DNA of 64,000 nucleotides from a bacterium. GTDB lineage: Bacteria > Electryoneota > JAOADG01. Positions within the stretch are counted from its first letter, which is position 1; every line of letters begins with the position of its first letter. Shown one piece after another: positions 59,886 through 64,000 of the stretch. The stretch is taken from positions 2,272,001-2,336,000 of the forward strand of contig OY820579.1 in assembly GCA_963681965.1 (NCBI GenBank), read 5' to 3'. Under the pieces are notes generated by a model. The model saw only the letters and a program-made list of their open reading frames with translations, did no database searches and was not told where the DNA came from. Made by a program: the position numbers and the translations under genes.

Positions 59886-61897
59886 TTCAAGAGAACGATC
59901 TTCTGAGTCTGGGTGAAATTGCCAGCGGTGAGACGCACAAAATAGGTGCCGGTGGCGAGACTCTTGCCATCGAATGTAAACGTGTACTCACCCGGATCCT
60001 GATTGAAATTCACGAGTTTCGCGACCTCTTTGCCGGTCACATCGAATACGCGCAGATCGACCTTCCCACTCTTCGCAATCGCATAGCGGATGGTAGTGGT
60101 CGCATTGAATGGATTGGGATAATTCGGTTTCAGTACGAAGCTGGTGGGAACCGTTTCGCTGACACGATCGACGACACCGAGTGCCTGCGAGCAGTCGTAG
60201 ATGCCGAGATTCGTAAATTCAGCCAGATAAACCGTATCGCCCACGACAACACACCGGCGTGCTTCCCCGGGTGTATTGTAGAATCCGACTTCCTGCGGAT
60301 TTTCCGGATTGCTGATATTGATGATCTGCAAACCAGAGTAATCATCGGCAACATAGGCATAGTTGCCGGAAACGGCTACACCATAAGCTTCACCGGGGGT
60401 ATTGTAGAACCCAACTTCCTGCGGGTTTTCGGGATTGCTGATATTAATGATTCGTAAACCAGACCATCCATCGGCAACGTAGGCATAGTTGCCGGAAACG
60501 GTGACACCCAACGCAATATCGGGGGTATCGTAGAAACCTACTTCTTGTGGGTTTGCCGGATTGCTGATATTGATAATCCTCAAACCGTAATTATAATCTG
60601 CGACATAGGCATAGTTGCCGGAAACGGTGACACCAAGAGCAGTACCGGGCGTATCGTAGAATCCGATTTCGGTCGGTGCTGCCGGATTGTTGATATTGAT
60701 GATTCGTAAACCGGATCCTCCATCGGCTACATAGGCATAGTTGCCGGAAACGGTGACACCATATGCATAACCGGGCGTATTGTAGAAACCAACTTGTTGT
60801 GGATTTTCCGGATTGCTGATATTGATGATTCGTAAACCGGATCCTCCATCGGCTACATAGGCATAGTTGCCGGAAACGGTGACACCATATGCATAACCGG
60901 GCGTATCGTAGAATCCGACTTCTTGTGGGTTTTCGGGATTGCTGATATTGATGATTCGCAAGCCTGAAAAACCATCGGCGACGTAGGCATAATTGCCGGA
61001 AACGGTGACACCAAGAGCAGTACCGGGCGTATCGTAGAATCCGACTTCTTGCGGGATTGCCGGATTGGTGATATTGATGATCCTCAAACCGTAATTATAA
61101 TCTGCGACATAGGCATAATTGCCGGAAACGGTGACACCATATGCATAATCGGGGGTATCGTAGAAACCAACTTGTTGCGGATTTTCCGGATTGCTGATAT
61201 TGATGATTCGTAAACCGGATCCTTCATCGGCTACATAGGCATAGTTGCCGGAAACTGCTACGCCCAATGCATTCCCGGGCGTATCGTAGAAACCAACTTG
61301 TTGTGGATTTGCCGGATTGCTGATATTGATGATCCGCAAACCGAAATTCCAATCGGCAACATAGGCATAGTTGCCGGAAACGGTGACACCCTCAGCAAGA
61401 TCGGGCGTATCGCAGAAACCGACTTGTTGCGGATTTTCCGGATTGCTGATATTGATAATCCGCAAACCGTAATTATAATCTGCGACATAGGCATAATTGC
61501 CGGAAACGGTGACACCAAGAGCAGTACCGGGAGTATCGTAGAATCCGACTTGTTGCGGGTTTTCGGGATTGCTAATACCGATGATTCGCAAACCTGAATC
61601 TCCATCAGCGACGTAGGCATAATTGCCGGAAACGGTGACACCGCAAGCCTCACCGGGCAAAGCGCAGAAACCCACAGGTTGTGGATTAGCCGGATTACTG
61701 ATATTGATGATTCGCAAACCAGCACTGCCATCGGCAACGTAGGCATAATTGCCCTGTACCGCTACCCCTAGCGAGTTGGTTTGCCAAAACCGTCCGAGAC
61801 AGCGAACACCGGAGCTGTCCTGTGCCAGCGCGCTGTTCAGCGAGAGGAGCAGAGTAAGCGATACCAGCAGGAACGGCAGAATACGGAGCGGTTTCAT
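59882..61897 (-). CDS. LVIVD-repeat protein (12 near-identical 42 aa repeats plus one degenerate) with T9SS-type C-terminal domain
   Basis: [13 protein letters not shown]...[22 protein letters not shown] repeats; signal peptide; YPNPFN C-terminal domain. Confidence 0.9.
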   Translation of the reverse strand: MKPLRILPFLLVSLTLLLSLNSALAQDSSGVRCLGRFWQTNSLGVAVQGNYAYVADGSAGLRIINISNPANPQPVGFCALPGEACGVTVSGNYAYVADGDSGLRIIGISNPENPQQVGFYDTPGTALGVTVSGNYAYVADYNYGLRIINISNPENPQQVGFCDTPDLAEGVTVSGNYAYVADWNFGLRIINISNPANPQQVGFYDTPGNALGVAVSGNYAYVADEGSGLRIINISNPENPQQVGFYDTPDYAYGVTVSGNYAYVADYNYGLRIINITNPAIPQEVGFYDTPGTALGVTVSGNYAYVADGFSGLRIINISNPENPQEVGFYDTPGYAYGVTVSGNYAYVADGGSGLRIINISNPENPQQVGFYNTPGYAYGVTVSGNYAYVADGGSGLRIININNPAAPTEIGFYDTPGTALGVTVSGNYAYVADYNYGLRIINISNPANPQEVGFYDTPDIALGVTVSGNYAYVADGWSGLRIINISNPENPQEVGFYNTPGEAYGVAVSGNYAYVADDYSGLQIINISNPENPQEVGFYNTPGEARRCVVVGDTVYLAEFTNLGIYDCSQALGVVDRVSETVPTSFVLKPNYPNPFNATTTIRYAIAKSGKVDLRVFDVTGKEVAKLVNFNQDPGEYTFTFDGKSLATGTYFVRLTAGNFTQTQKIVLLK

Positions 61898-62027
61898 GGG
61901 TGGTTCCTTTCTCGATGATAGCAGTGCAATTGGTTCGTAATCGGATTATCGGGATGGTAATATAATAGTATAGGATCAAAACAGATCCAAGCGAAATTCC
62001 TGCCAAATTGTAAATATTCGCAGCATA

Positions 62028-62660
62028 TAGTAGGGGCGGGTCCCCGCGCCCGCCCGGTCTTGAATCATTTTCTTTATCTTTTCCCACCACCTACCACCCA
62101 TTACCCAACACCCATTTTGTTGATTTGTCATTGCGAAGCCCTGCAGTGGCTGAGGCAATCTTTTTTTCATTCGGTAGCGGCGGACTTCAGTCCGCCATTC
62201 TTGTAAAATCATTTTAATAAAACAATACGCGGACTAAAGTCCGCCGCTACCAAAAAAAATCACCAGACCGGGCGGGCGCGGGGACCCGCCCCTACTTCAG
62301 GATAAAGGATACAAAGATTCAAGAATAAGAAAATCGCAGGCTAAAGCTTGCGGCTACAAAAAAAAATAGATTGCCACATCACGCGCCGTACGGCGCATTC
62401 CTCGCAACGACAAATCAAGATATATAAGATGGCGGGCGGTTCGCGAACCGCCCCTACCAAAAAGAATAAACAGAAAAAATAGTAGGTTGCCACATACGCC
62501 GTACGGCGCATTCCTCGCAATGACAAATCAGGATACACGAACGGGCGGGCATGGGAGCCCGCCCCTACTACAGGACACAAGAAGAAAAGATAACAGAAAG
62601 GGCGTATGCCATACACCCCTACGAAAAAATTCGCGAACTCTTTATTAGTCCGCCGCTACC
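62028..62660. repeat. mosaic REP array
   Basis: Recurrent hairpin families; block at about 62543-62622 nearly duplicates about 59773-59852. Confidence 0.85.
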
Positions 62661-62777
62661 CCTAGCTAGCACTATCACCAATCACCAAGTACTATATACT
62701 AAGCGCAAAGCACTAAGTTCCATTTCACCATTTGCATTCGTATCACTTACTAAACAACAATTACTGGAGAATCGAAC

Positions 62778-63623
62778 ATGTCTGGTAGAATCTTTGTTTC
62801 CGGCGCCGCCGGAAAAGTCGGTCGTGCTGTGGTCGAGAAATTGATTGCCAAAGGAGAACCGGTGCGAGGTGGTTTTCGCAATCCGGCAGCTGCGACGGCA
62901 CCTCGTGAATTGCACAAAGTTAAATTCGACTTCACCGATTTCGCATCGGTCGAATCGGCACTCGATGGCGTCAGCGGTGCCTTCCTGATCTCACCGCCGC
63001 TCGATCCCGATGCCCCGGCGAAGTTGACACCCTTCATCAAAGAGGCGAAGAAACACAATATCCATGTGGTCTTCATCTCGGCGTTTGGTGCCAACATGAA
63101 TGCCGATGGCGCGCTTGCGAAAGTCGAAAAGTTACTCCACGATACCGCCGTCACCTATACTATTCTGCGTCCAAATTTCTTCATGGACAATTTCACCGAA
63201 GGGTGGATTGCCCCATCGATCAAGCAGCAGAACAGCCTCTTTATTCCAGCCGGCGACGGGAAGACGAGTTTTATTGCCGCCCACGATATCGCCGCGGCTG
63301 TGGTTTCGGCATTCAACCGGAAATTGGTTGGAAAGACGTACGATCTAACCGGATCGGAAGCGCTCGATCACACCGAAGTGGCGCAACTGATTAGCACTGC
63401 TACCGGACGGACGATTTCGTATGTCGATATTCCCGAATCGGCCTTGATCGAAGGTGCGAAAGCGCAGGGGATGCCGGATGGAATGATCGCCTATCTTGCA
63501 GATCTTTATAAGGCAGTACGCGGTGGTTATTGTGCAGCTATCACACACGATCTCGAAGATTTGATCAACGATCAACCGATTCGCTTTTCCACTTTCGCCA
63601 AAGCCCATAAAGCAGATTGGTAG
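62778..63623 (+). CDS. NmrA-like NAD(P)H-binding oxidoreductase
   Basis: VSGAAGKVG, LRPNFFMDNF, GDGKTSFI...DIA, YDLTGSEAL. Confidence 0.88.
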   Translation: MSGRIFVSGAAGKVGRAVVEKLIAKGEPVRGGFRNPAAATAPRELHKVKFDFTDFASVESALDGVSGAFLISPPLDPDAPAKLTPFIKEAKKHNIHVVFISAFGANMNADGALAKVEKLLHDTAVTYTILRPNFFMDNFTEGWIAPSIKQQNSLFIPAGDGKTSFIAAHDIAAAVVSAFNRKLVGKTYDLTGSEALDHTEVAQLISTATGRTISYVDIPESALIEGAKAQGMPDGMIAYLADLYKAVRGGYCAAITHDLEDLINDQPIRFSTFAKAHKADW

Positions 63624-64000
63624 AATTCGAGAGCTGGAAATTGGGAATTACAGTGCCATGACTGTGGTGTGCCGACGATCGATTCGACAGACCGATAATT
63701 TCTTGATGGATGGGCGGATCTATGGGTCCGCCCGAAGTTTATCACAGAATAGAGTTACCTAGTTCCTACCAATAATTTGGTGCATTGCCCACATCGTAAC
63801 TATCTTGGCATCGCAACAATTATTCGTGAATATCTGACAAAAGTAGAGATAAATTGACTGGAATTGGTCTGAGACACAAACTCATCGTTATCGCGACACT
63901 TTCCCTGTTCGCCGGAACGGGGTGGACGAGTCCGCTGCTGCGGTTGTCGATTCCTCAAAACAATCGGCAGATCGACGGTCAGGGAAAGACGATTACGGCA

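Noticed and set aside
59882-61897. Diversity-generating retroelement target
   Set aside because: No reverse transcriptase or template repeat in the window, and the differences are not adenine-specific

Overview
64 kb of chromosome from a Gram-negative bacterium, probably FCB superphylum (six genes end in a YPNPFN-type T9SS-like C-terminal sorting domain); the lineage cannot be fixed from sequence alone. Housekeeping and metabolic genes include tnaA, coaD, tig, tRNA-Leu(TAG), tadA, fixABCX/etf and uxs. There are also many secreted beta-propeller/C25 proteins and an arsR-hgcA-hgcB mercury-methylation operon. Roughly 9-10 kb of intergenic DNA consists of mosaic arrays of more than ten GTAG-type REP hairpin families; no RAYT transposase is present in the window. 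Best candidate for a new system: a 3.2 kb AT-rich, integrase-free island bounded by a 68 bp duplication of the tnaA 3' end. It encodes a stand-alone GlnD/GlnE-like nucleotidyltransferase, two paralogous 2TM+wHTH-like proteins and a motif-divergent RelA/SpoT synthetase (possible defence/TA system). Other leads: a candidate oriC at about 30.9-31.3 kb (gene-strand switch, DnaA-box-like 9-mers, 10 GANTC sites in 150 bp); a putative sigma54-driven structured sRNA with repeated GCUAAC motifs; and an ATPase+TOPRIM-like pair inserted inside fixABCX. All calls come from reading motifs by eye; no searches were run.
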